From: Aplysia californica
Taxonomy: Eukaryota
Length of the DNA stretch: 64,000 nucleotides
Assembly (NCBI RefSeq): GCF_000002075.1
Contig: NW_004797520.1
Span: forward strand, 366,072-430,071
Direction: 5' to 3'
Made by a program: the position numbers and the translations under genes. Positions 52,333 through 63,384 of the stretch are shown piece by piece. Numbering within the stretch: the first letter of the stretch is position 1; every line of letters begins with the position of its first letter. The notes beneath the pieces are model-generated. The model saw only the letters and a program-made list of their open reading frames with translations. It had not been told where the DNA came from and made no database searches.

Positions 52333-52450
52333 CTTTGGCATAAGAATCCCACTCCTTTCTGTACTCCAGATCCATGTAGACCTTGGCACACACATCAGGG
52401 GGGACATCATCCAGCTCCCCAAAGATTTTATACTGGTACAAGCCTGAAGT
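52333..52450 (-). CDS. PCTP: PCTP coding exon 2
   Basis: TSGLYQYKIFGELDDVPPDVCAKVYMDLEYRKEWDSYAK; phase 0 to 1. Confidence 0.96.
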
Positions 52451-52953
52451 CTGGTGAGACGAGAGGTGAGACAGAAAAGGAAGTTAGAGTCAGAAATAGT
52501 CTTCCCTATCCATATGAAAGTATTTCTCAAAAAATCATTTTGACAGACCGCTATGGAAAGCGTACGGATTGGATTAATGAGTACACAACCTACGAATAAA
52601 GGCTAACCTGTAAGCCAATTCCAAAAATGTTATCCAATGAATATATATATATATGTATGAGCAAATCATCTACGAAACAGTGGTTGATAAAAGTTTTGCT
52701 TGAGTAAAGAGAAGCACATCAACACAATTTACCAAGGTCATTCAGTGCAGGGAAAAAGCAAAACAGACGTGCAGGAACACCAGAAGGAAATAACACTAGT
52801 CAAGTAAGACCTACCAATGACATCATATAAACCCCCAAATGTGAGTGATGAGTGCAGTAGAGTACAATTACGACTTTGGAAACAAAAGAAGAGAGACTGA
52901 AATTCATAAGTCAAAATGAACAAATAGTTAATATTTTCACAAAAATTACGAAC

Positions 52954-53091
52954 CTCATCATACAGTCTGTAAATTTTGACTCCCTGAGACTCTACAAAAT
53001 GTTCCCAGCCTGAAACGTCCGGAACATCGAGCTCATCGCAGGCTTTCTCAAACTCAATATCTGAGAACAGCCCTTGCTCATTTCCAGCCAT
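52954..53091 (-). CDS. PCTP: PCTP first coding exon (phosphatidylcholine transfer protein, STARD2)
   Basis: MAGNEQGLFSDIEFEKACDELD..GWEHFVESQGVKIYRLYDE. A strong acceptor at 53113 implies an upstream non-coding exon. CDS 672 nt, 223 aa. Confidence 0.92.
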
Positions 53092-54609
53092 TTTGACAGG
53101 CAAATTGCTGAGCTGAAAGTAAAAAGGGGAAAATTCTTACACATGTAAACTGTTTTGATGCACTACAATATTTTACACATTCTTCATGATGTCCTAACAA
53201 AAATTACAGCCCCCCCCCCCCCCTCCAATCAAAACAAATAACAAAACACTTCAAGAAACATCAAAAGAGTAAATCTTCAGAACACCAACAAACAAAATAG
53301 AGTCCATTGATATTCTGCTTCACCTGTGATGCCTCCAAAGACCACCTGGCAATTGACAACTGTGAACTATTTCGCTGAAGACATTGAGACCAAATGGGAG
53401 CCCTGTCAACCTTACTTCCTCCATTGCTGTGATCATGGTTGGTGTTATAACTTAAATTCCCATCTAGTTTCACACGCTAAAAGGCTTCAGCAACATAAAG
53501 CTGCGTAAATTAATTTTCTGCATGTTTGAACTTTGGCAAGATATCATTGAAAGTGTAGCATTTTGTGTTCGTCTTTCAGAGTTGTGATGTTGAGAAGGCT
53601 TTGGGTTGAGCCAACACCTCCTCAGTGTCTGCCATCTGGCTGACCTAGTCTGTTGGCTCCTTAGTCTGTTTCATGATTCCTCTCTGTAGCACAAGTTTTC
53701 TTTACTTCTTGTCCCATCTTTGGACTTAACCCCAAGTGGACATTTTTTCATGGCACAATCTCGTCCACCACAACAAGAACATTGTGTGCCCCAGGCTGGT
53801 CCTTTTTGTTTGTCAAAATCATGAATCTGCCAACAGATCCATGCAATCTTTCCTCTTGGGGTATCATACTCATCTCTTGGTTTGCTGCTCTTTTTGTACC
53901 CTTTCCCCACTTCCTTGAAGTGAGTTAATTAGTGACTTCTGAATCTAGGGCTTTTGCTTCTACTTATCAGCTTCTTCTCCAAGTTCAAAACAACCTTGGG
54001 TACAGAGAACAAATTTGTGTCCGTTGATATATATTTATTTCTTCTTTTTCTTTTCTTCAATGTCAAACTGCTCTCTGCTCTTCTAGCAGGTGTAGTTGTT
54101 CTGTAGCAGATTTCTCAAAGGGTTGGGAAAAACTTTTTAAAAGGCGGACAGAGATGAAAGTGAACAAGCTCTTCTGGTAGTGTATTCAATTACAATATTG
54201 CTGAAGGTGAAGTGTGGGGATGTCAGAATCATAGGAATAGGAAGGAAAATTAATTGTTTTAAAGGTACAGAGCAGGGTGAGGGTTACTTTAACTTAACAT
54301 AATTTTTGTGAATAAAGACTACCACTTTAAGTCAGACTGGTAAACTGGGAAGGACTTCCGTAACGAGTGATTAACCCAACAAACACAATAAATAAAGGAC
54401 TTTATATTAATCCCAGCTGTAACCCAAACCTTAATGTAACCCAAGCCTTAATCTTAACCTACACCCTCTGCCTCTTTCCATTAATTTCATAACGGTGGCT
54501 CGGAAAGGATTCCTTCTGTAAAAAAACGTAAACAAGATTTTATCAGGGTGGGCAAATGTTTTTCTTTTTATTCATCAATTAGACAGGCCTTAAAATAAAC
54601 TATCTACCC

Positions 54610-54784
54610 GGGAGGACTTCCGTAACGAGCGACCACTATGAGACAGAGCAGAATTGAGGGCTTAGGCCACTTAGGGTAGGGGTAGGGGTAAGGGTAGGGG
54701 TAGGGGTAGGGTTAGGTCTAGGCCTTTTCTTTATTGTGAATAATTGTGTTTGATGGGGTGGTCGCTCGTTACGGAAGTCCTTCC
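54610..54784. mobile_element. MITE with 8-bp TSD and internal (GGGTAG)n; other copies at 57655-57802 and degenerate ~54347-54512
   Basis: TIR GG.AGGACTTCCGTAACGAGCGACCAC; TSD ATCTACCC here and ATAATGAT at the 57655 copy. Confidence 0.85.
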
Positions 54785-56359
54785 ATCTACCCTATCCTAA
54801 ACTTAAGTGAACTCCTAAACAAAATTACTAGATTCTAGTCTATATGATCAATTATTCTAATGACGAATGAGGACCAATCATTAACCCGAAGAAGTAAAAA
54901 AGTTGAGTCCAATAACAATTATCATATCAATATGAATATGATGTGCCAATCAGTGATATCATTATGTTCAGAGGGGCTGTGAGAGTTGTCGGTAAGGGGG
55001 CAAGTTAGAATGATTACCACTTCAGCAAAAAACAGGAGAAGAATACTTCAGTATTGACACTTGACACACTGTCAGCGTCAGCTTTCGTGATTCACTTTTC
55101 AAGTCTTTTGTCTGTGTTGGAACACGACAGTCAACACTGTGTACTTTGCTACCGCTAGAGATATTTTTGTTTACTTCCGGTTGACTGTATCTGTATCTAG
55201 CCTAATTAACTTTCACAAGAGAAAAGTTCCTCATTTCTCTTTCGTAGTTTAAAAAAAGTTTCGTAATTAATTAGTGCCAACCATAAATCATCTCCCTAAA
55301 AGCGTTTTAAATTATCATCCCCACCTTCCCGTATCCCCACGTCACCACCCCATCCCATCTACCCTTCCTCAAAGAAACCCAAACAACAATAATAATGGTG
55401 AAAAAACCCAACAACAACAAACAAGTAGGCTAAATAACCCAACCATCATGTAAAAAGAGAATACTAAACCAATATTGTATACACATAATTACTAAATCTT
55501 TTTAATTTCTCTAAAGTGACATAACAGACAGGTAAAAATCTAACTTGTTAACACCTAGTTTTTTTGTTTTTTTAAAATTGAATAAATAGCAGCAGATAAT
55601 AATAATATATATGGTAATGAGAAACGGCGGTTAAAAGTGGAGGTGGGTTGATTTTTTGTGGAGAATTTCGCAAACCATGATGTTTTTATCACCCGATCAT
55701 AAAGTAAAAATAACTATGGTATATTTTAAGCTCCATCAAACCAGGTCACACATATATTTGTTTTGGTGTTTCGTCATTGTAGACATCGTGGCATAGCGCG
55801 ATACCACTCCCAATATTGAATCACGCCACAAGACAGGTGTGTGAAAATCGGATGTTCTCGTACAGTTGGCCTTGTAATCGCAACCATCTGCTCTGATCAC
55901 GTGTAGTTAATATCACCAATCTCAAAACTACTATCTTTAGAAAAAGTCTTCTCAATGACCTAGCAATGTAATCATCTGCTGTATATTTTGTTAGTAGAGA
56001 GCGCCAACGGCGGCGCAGTATAATCTGTACATATTCTAGCATGGGGTTCGAATGCCCTCTTCAGTTGACCTGTAATTTGTAGGCCTACAGTAGCCTAGTA
56101 GTGTAACTGTAAGCGTTTAATCCACTGATTCTTCGGTCTTTCCTGATTGATTTCAAGTTGTGTGGGTATGAGGTCCAAACGCATATATATAATGGGAAAG
56201 AAAGGCATTTGTGGCCTTGTGAAATTGGGCCGTTTTCCAGGACAGTGATCAAATCACATGCGTGACCGTCTCGAGTCTAGACCAGACGCTGACCTCTTTC
56301 ACGTGTAGCTGCATGTGTGCTAAAAGGTTATCAGGTCAGACGGTGTGGTATTTACAAAC

Positions 56360-56700
56360 TTACACCTGTTTTGATTGGTGAAAAACGGGGGCGTGCGGGA
56401 ATCTTATTTCCTTATTGGCTGTATTTCTTGGTCAGGGACTTGAGCTATCCGTTCAAGATAAGCGGAGCACCGGGTAGCTGAGACGATCAGTAAATTATTC
56501 AGTCGTACTGTAATTCTGTTTGTGATTACAATAAGTTTATTGTAGCTTTAACACCCGTTCTTTCATTACTCCTGATAATAGAAGTGAGTGTTTGGGTGGG
56601 GAACGTCGGAAAGCAGAAACATCGCATGACTGCAGTTCGCCTACGTCATTTTGTATCGGGCCAGGGATTAACCAATCACACGTCGCGTTACGTCGGGGTT
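56360..56700. promoter_or_regulatory. Promoter-like CpG-richer segment between divergent PCTP and PNPLA8
   Basis: Inverted CCAAT boxes (GATTGG ~56373, ATTGG ~56415), GC-box-like GGGGGCGTG (~56387) and CCAATC (~56672). Confidence 0.45.
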
Positions 56701-58412
56701 TCTTATCACGCCATGAGAGCCGACGGTAGTGATCTGATTCACCACAACAAAAATAAAGCTCCCAGGGTGGGCCTGTGATGTGTGAAATACACACCCCCAA
56801 TAGATCTACGTGTCCTTAAATCAGAAACCATATTTTGCTCATCGTGAATTCGTTCTTTATCGCTACAGTGTGAATTTCGAACTGATACACAGACTCCTTA
56901 CTTTAAGAGTGTAATAGGTGCCCGTCTGCTAACTTGGTAAGCAGAGAAGCAGTGTGCTGCTGTTACACACCGTAGCCGCCGTAGCGTTGCCAGTCACTGT
57001 TGCTGAGTGAACGCCAGAACGGCTTGTAAGACTTGTGTTTTACTCGTTATTATTTATTTACGAGAACGTTTCAGCAAATAAACTAGTGCGGTGAGACCTG
57101 ACGTTCTGTGAAACTCATTCTGGTGCTAGTTGCTGTCAGAGAGCTCTGTGAAAATCGCCTTGGCCTTGGGTTAGAGGATTAGAGGTAAGATAATTCTCTA
57201 GAGTCTGTTAAAATTAGTGTCAGCCCAGTGGTGGTAGTGGGCTCTTCGACCGAATTACTAAACTTGGCCTACTTCTCTCTTTAACAGAACAACATGCATG
57301 CGGCTGTCCTTGTTCAATATAATTTTTGCAATATATTCTAGATCTAGTTCTAGTTGTTAACATATCAAATTATCATTATGATGGATGTCACGACTAGCCT
57401 ACGCTACAACAGAATTCTTGTCAATGACATGAGGGTCCACTATATTTTAGAAGGCATTTTGTTGATTGAAAAGGGAAGAGAGAATTAAAGGTCAACTGTA
57501 TCAGGTTGTTGGGTGCTGGTTTAGTTGCTGGTTTGCCATGATAGAGTGGTCAACTTCAAGTCATGCTGTGTCGACTGCGGTCTGCTGTCTATAATGTTAG
57601 TCCTCTGATTGGCCACGCTTACGACAATAATATGCAGCACAATAGAATAATGATGGGGCCTAGTAGGACTTCTGTAATGAGCGACCACCCCTAAAAACAC
57701 AATAAAGAAGAGACGTAACCCGACCTCTAACCCTACCCCTACCCCTACCCCTCTGTAATTCTACTCTGTCTCATAGTGATCACTCGTTACGGAAGCCCTC
57801 CCATAATGATAGTTCTGGGAGTATTTTGTGTGTTAGATTAGTCAGTACGTGTTGTTTACAATTTTAATGTGTGTAATTTGAGGGATTGCTTCATTTTGCG
57901 GTGTAGTGAAGACAAAACATTTTTGCAGTGGTAAAGCCTGGCAGCAAGTGACAATCCCCCCCCCTCTATTTCTAACACAACCAATTTAAATGATTTTATC
58001 AATTATAACTGCAGCATTATTTATACATCTATTGCCTCTCAGGCTCATTTTAAACTATTTAACTGTTGAAAACCATCGCCTTTACCCTACTCACGAAGCA
58101 GAAAAAAATCAACAATTCAGACTATATTGCTCATTAGTTTCCTAGATTGTATTACCATATGTAGTTTCAGTAATTTTTTGTGTGCAGCATGACTGCAGAC
58201 ACTTTATAATGCTCATAAGCCTCCCTAAAACTTGTGGAGCTTAGTTCAGAGTCGACCAATGTACTATCTTACAGTGTGTGAAAATGTAAATACTGGCTTT
58301 TGTGCATGTGAGAAATGACTTGTTTAACAGTTTTGCTGTATGGTTTACTTTTTATATATGAAAATCTATCACTAATATCTTGGGGTTTTTTCTTTACTTT
58401 ACAGTGCTCTCA

Positions 58413-59240
58413 ATGTCTGTGCTGAAGCTGCAGGCAGGCCTGAGGGGCATCCATCCCCAGTGTTTAGCTTCCAATGCCTACCCTGGGCATGCAAAGTTCG
58501 CTTCTGGCAAAGAGGAGGACACGTCACAAAGTCATCGCCATCTTGGGACATTTTCCTCAACTTTTTCTCGGCGTTTTAGAGCTGGAGATGCTCACAGGAC
58601 AGAAAAGTCCTCCGATGATTTAAATGTCCAGTCTCCTCTTGGGGCTTCCCCTCCCGCAGAGGAGAAAAAAGACAGGATGAAAATAAATTTCTCTTCTTTG
58701 GGTGCCACTGTCCCTCTTAGAATTGCTGAGATGAACAGATACTTTGCAGATACTTCAAAGAAATTTCTCAGTTCTCGGAATCCTTTGAATCGTAACGGGA
58801 CCAGCTCTAATTCGACCATGGAAGAGAAATCTGTACCCACAGATCAAACGTCTTCCCTAGAACATTCTCTCACTCAGATGAACCAAAGCATTATATCATT
58901 CTACGACACATCCTGTGCCACCAACGCTCCCCATCAGGCGGAGAACATGATACAACGAGGCGTCGCTATGCAAGAGTCAGTTGATGATGATTCAGTTTCT
59001 GCAGACACCCCACAGACCATCGGACCTCTTTTCCCCACAGTTTTGCCCGCAGAAATGAAGAAAAAGCGGGCAGAGGCACGACGCGCCCAGAAAATCTCTC
59101 GGCTTTCCCTTGAATCTCGTACCAAAGCTCTGGTACAGTCCCTGAAGTCTGCTCATTCTCTGATGTCCAAGATCACACGAGCAGAGGAGCTGTGTGAGCA
59201 CCTCATTGCTCACCCCGAGTGTGTGTGGGACGCTGCCTCT
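58413..59240 (+). CDS. PNPLA8: PNPLA8 first coding exon (long N-terminal region)
   Basis: 276-codon open frame after the acceptor at 58404, ending ..RTKALVQSL..RAEELCEHLIAHPEC.. at a GTAAGT donor in phase with the patatin exons. Confidence 0.85.
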
Positions 59241-59930
59241 GTAAGTCATTGCTCATTTTTATTTTGTATGTCGATTTGTTTTGCACTCAGGCACAAGTGA
59301 AGACACATTTTTTAATGTCTTTTTGTTCTTTATGATTTGTAAAGCTTACAGGAAATTTATGTGAACAGACAGTCATGTTGATGTTTTCTATATCTTTTAA
59401 AATGGTGTCCTATTATTTATATTATCTTTGATCCTTCCAAACTTTGTTAAGATATGTCTGGGTCCTTTTCAACTGGAGAGATGATGAGATGACTAGTTAT
59501 AAGCAAGCAAAACATAAAGAGCTGACTGAAGTAATTTTTTTGTTTAAAGTCATGAAGGCGTTTCTACTTTTTGTCATGAGTTTCATTTCATTATTTATAT
59601 CTCTTTTTACCATCTCTACAGCTATGACACATTGTGTGAAGTACTTACTTCTCAGAGTGGGTAGTTGGAAAATGCAGAGAGAGAATAAATTGAGGAAGTA
59701 GTTTGAACTTAAATGCACACTTGTACACTCAAATACATACATCTGCACACACCAACCTTTTCATATGAATTTTAGTCTCATTAATTGTGCTTTTGTTGCT
59801 TTTTTGGAGTTTTTATGAAGGGAACTTGTTTCAGAATGCGTCCAGTTTATTAAGGAGAGTGGGTGTATGTTAAACATGTTTTTAAAATGAATATTCGACT
59901 GAAGTGTCATTTGTTTCTCTTTTGCTGTAG

Positions 59931-60082
59931 GAAAAAGCTGTACCTTGCGTAAAGAAGTTGACAGCATCTCCCGACAAACTTCTGAAAGGTCTCGCCCATG
60001 AAATCCTTTCCCTCCTCGGCCATGTCAAGCCGTTGTCTGCCCCTGGCATCAGAGTTCTGTCAATCGACGGTGGAGGCACACG
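59931..60082 (+). CDS. PNPLA8: PNPLA8 coding exon 2
   Basis: GIRVLSIDGGGTR glycine-rich patatin motif; phase 0 to 2. Confidence 0.96.
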
Positions 60083-60745
60083 GTCAGTAGAACTGAGTCA
60101 GAAGTTGTTGCATGCCTACTGAAATATTTCAGTTTATGTATCGTGGCACAATTTTTATGTTTGGAATAAAAAGAAGTAATTTATTGTTTGACTATTCTTG
60201 TTTTGTTGTGGTAGAATCAAATTTTAAAAAAAGTTTAATTAAGTGTTTTAGACTTCCAATTAGACGATTTTTTTTAGTGGAAACATGCTGCGAACGTGTT
60301 TGTGTGAGTGATAATGGCCTTTTAGTTTGTAGACCTTGAATTCCCTGGAGGAGGAATTGACTTGATGTTGTCTGTAGCTTAAAAGGATTCTGCACTGTAG
60401 TGGCTGATAATGTTGGCAATGGCCTCTATAAGAAATATTTTGCAGTGTAGGCTGTGGTCTGTATAAGGAATGTTTTGCAGTGTATGAAAGTGTAAGAATC
60501 TTTTAGAAATGAATATGACTGATATTTTGATAAGAAGTGGTCCTCATGGGCTTGAATGTAGTAGCATATTATTTTCCTTCCTTGTTTTCTATTTGAAACT
60601 TGAAAAGCGCAATCTTCTCTTTTTTTTGTCCTGGTATGTGAGATAAAGAGTTAAGCATTGATTGATTGATTATTTGCCATTACAGATTTTTGTACTTGAT
60701 AATTAATAATTGACTTGTGTTTTGTGTCATGCTGTTTGTTTTCAG

Positions 60746-61012
60746 AGGCCTTGTGACGATAGAGTTTCTGAAAGCACTCGAGAAACAAAGTGGCCGCAAG
60801 ATTCACGAACTGTTTGACTATGTGTGCGGAGTGAGCACCGGTGCACTGCTGGCCATCCTCATCTGCCTGTACAAGCTCCCCCTGGATCGGTGCGAAGAAC
60901 TGTACAAAGACTGCTCCACTCAGATGTTCACCAGGAACAGGGTGCTGGGCACCACAAAGCTGGTGTGGAGTTACGGCTTCTACGACTCGCAGTCTTGGGA
61001 GGAGATCTTGAA
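60746..61012 (+). CDS. PNPLA8: PNPLA8 coding exon 3
   Basis: IHELFDYVCGVSTGALLA (catalytic GXSXG); phase 2 to 2. Confidence 0.97.
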
Positions 61013-61048
61013 GTAAGTTGTAGCCTCTTCCTCACTAGTGTCTCTTTT

Positions 61049-61130
61049 ATGGGTGGTTGGTGGGTACCATGGTGGGTTTTTTTCTTCTTTTTTTTTTTGG
61101 TTAGTCTTTTACGGGGCTCGCAACTGCATG
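61049..61130 (+). mobile_element. Family A retroposon, internally deleted
   Basis: TGGGTGGTTGGTGGGTAC.. start located ~37 nt after the exon donor. Confidence 0.6.
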
Positions 61131-61961
61131 GTGGAGACGAAAGCAGACGACAGAACATTGTTAGAGAGCAGGAAATGAGGTGAAAAGAGACAATTTTAGA
61201 GAAGAACATTTTTCGGTCGCTTCCGGGATTCGAACCCAGGACCTTTGAATGAGAGGTGAACACCTTAACCTCTAGGCCACAAGAGCCCCTGCCATAATGT
61301 TTGCAGTTCCTTCTTATTTCTTGTTTTTGATGGAAACTTGTACCCTAGTCCTGTCCCTGGCATAACGTGGCCTTTATCAGGTGATTGGTTGTAGACAACT
61401 ACTTACTTCGTCATGGAGATATTTTTCTCTTCTTTTAAAAAAAAAAAATGTTCCTTTTATGTCCCAAAGTCTGTTGCAGTGATACCAATTCGATAAACTA
61501 TATTCGATCAATTTTATAAAATGTTTACTGTTTTCACTTACTGATTTGTTTTCAAAGTTGTTGATTTGCAATTAGAGTATTGACTTCAGAGTTGTGACAG
61601 TATTTTGAAAACAGAGTTTTTATTTAAAATTAGCAAATTTATTTTGAAAAATCTTTCAATGAATCTACATCTGGTATTCAGCTCATGTTTTTTTAAAAGA
61701 TATATATGTAGATTAAGAGTATTTAGAACAGACCGTATTTGAAAAAATAATATGTTACGTATCTTGACTCAATGGAACGCGTTTGTAACTTGTGGCTCTG
61801 TTTGTTTTTTGTTTTCCAGACGAGAAATGGGTGAGAAATCACCGATAGAGTTAAGATATGAAGATTAAGAGTATAGAACAGACCGTGCTTGGAAAAATAA
61901 TATGTTACACATCTTGACTCAATGAAACACGTTTGTAACTTGTAGCTCTGTTTTTTTCCAG

Positions 61962-62211
61962 ACGAGAAATGGGTGAGAAATCACTGATAGAGTTTGCCAG
62001 GGACCCTGACGTTCCCAAAGTATCTGCCATCTCCTCACTGATGAACTCGCAGCGAATGAGCAGCCACCTGTTCCGCACCTACAACACCCCCCCTGGCGCA
62101 TCCTCACAGTACCCTGGCAGCTGTCGACACAAAGTCTGGGAGGTCGTCCGCGCCTCGTCCGCTGCCCCGGGCTATTTTGAGTCTTTCAAACTGGGTGATG
62201 AAGTCCATGAG
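61962..62211 (+). CDS. PNPLA8: PNPLA8 coding exon 4
   Basis: ..HLFRTYN..YPGSCRHKVWEVVRASSAAPGYFESFKLGDEVHE; phase 2 to 0. Confidence 0.95.
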
Positions 62212-62266
62212 GTGAATACTGTGGTTCTGACGCCTGTCCTGTGCTTTGTGTCAATGTCCTTTACAG

Positions 62267-62441
62267 TGGGTGGTTTACGGGTGCTCTGGTGTGGTTTTCT
62301 TCTTCATTACTATCTACAATCTATCGTCCTTATCTCTCCTCCTTCTGTTTTTTTTTTTTAAAACTCTTGTAACACCTCGTATCTTCGGCACTTATATGAC
62401 CTTATTGTGTTGCAAGTTCCGTAAAACACTGAAACTAAAAC
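62267..62441 (+). mobile_element. Family A retroposon
   Basis: Full copy with a perfect 12-bp TSD TGTCCTTTACAG. Confidence 0.93.
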
Positions 62442-62988
62442 TGTCCTTTACAGCCTATGAACTCACTAAAGACCAGCCCAGAGTTGAACCCCCTGAGCCC
62501 AGTCATTTCAACAGTTGAGTCTTATGTGGCTTTTGAAAATTGGTTTTAAAAAAATGTCTCTTGGTAACTTGTTTTGCTTTAGCAATGTCTCAGGAGTCAA
62601 TTGGTACCCTGCATCATTGTCGTTGGAGAAGTAGCCATGAAAATTTCCCTCTTACTGTGATTTTATGAAGTATGTTAAATTTATTAGTGTTTCTTTTGGT
62701 TGGTTACTCGTGTGCAGTGAGAATCCAAGTTTGAATGAAGCTGGGTAATTTTCTGCTTAAACTCTCGTACTCATAGTCATGGGACTGTATGTTGAGAAAA
62801 AGGTAAAAAATAGTGTGTTGTGTCTTCAGATGCCACTGGTTTTTATCGAGCTCAAAATTAATTTTATTTGTGATTTCATGTCAACGCAAACCATTGCTAT
62901 CTTGTGTATCAAAGATTTCTTTCAGAATATGTGAGTCTGTAACATTTTTATGATTGTCTAAATCTAGTCTTTTTGAAACTGCCTACAG

Positions 62989-63187
62989 GATGGTGGCATT
63001 TTGACGAACAACCCAACGGCACTAGGAATTCACGAGAGCAGACTACTGTGGCCCAAGGAAAACTTTCACTGCGTTGTCTCCCTGGGCACCGGACGTTTTG
63101 ACAATAGCAGTATTAGTGAGACCCCAGCAAAGATGTCCCTGAAGCGGAAAATCACAACCATCGTTGACAGTGCCACAGATACTGAAG
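62989..63187 (+). CDS. PNPLA8: PNPLA8 coding exon 5 (gene continues beyond the window)
   Basis: DGGILTNNPTALGIHESRLLWP..CVVSLGTGR..IVDSATDTE (catalytic DGG); ends in phase 1. Confidence 0.96.
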
Positions 63188-63205
63188 GTATGACTACTTC
63201 TCATT

Positions 63206-63384
63206 CTGTCCCCGTGGTTTTATGCACAAAAATTCTGAAATTATTCAAACTGAGCCAAAAAAATGTGAAATTATGTGATTCTGTTAATTTTCACAAAGAA
63301 TGATAAAGGAAAATAATCAGAAATTATGCCAAAAATGATCAAATTTTGCTAAGTTATGCGGGGTGCATAAAACCCCAGGGGCTG
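63206..63384. mobile_element. MITE family B, 18 nt downstream of the exon donor
   Basis: TIRs; TSD CTCATT/CTTATT. Confidence 0.88.

Noticed and set aside
53260-54100. Moderately GC-rich stretch with Cys/Trp-containing short ORFs, possibly a decayed transposase or extra PCTP exon
   Set aside because: No continuous frame or recognisable motif could be established by eye; it needs a BLASTX search.
61218-61288. Possible tRNA gene on the minus strand (also the 9381 and 32778 heads)
   Set aside because: The acceptor stem does not pair cleanly and a related head at 32778 continues into a SINE body, so these are treated as SINE heads.
9538-62518. Many ORFs sharing 'CSGVVCSFFPIKHLSSLS...LLCCKCRKTLTK'
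   Set aside because: Translations of family A copies in inconsistent frames, not a protein family.
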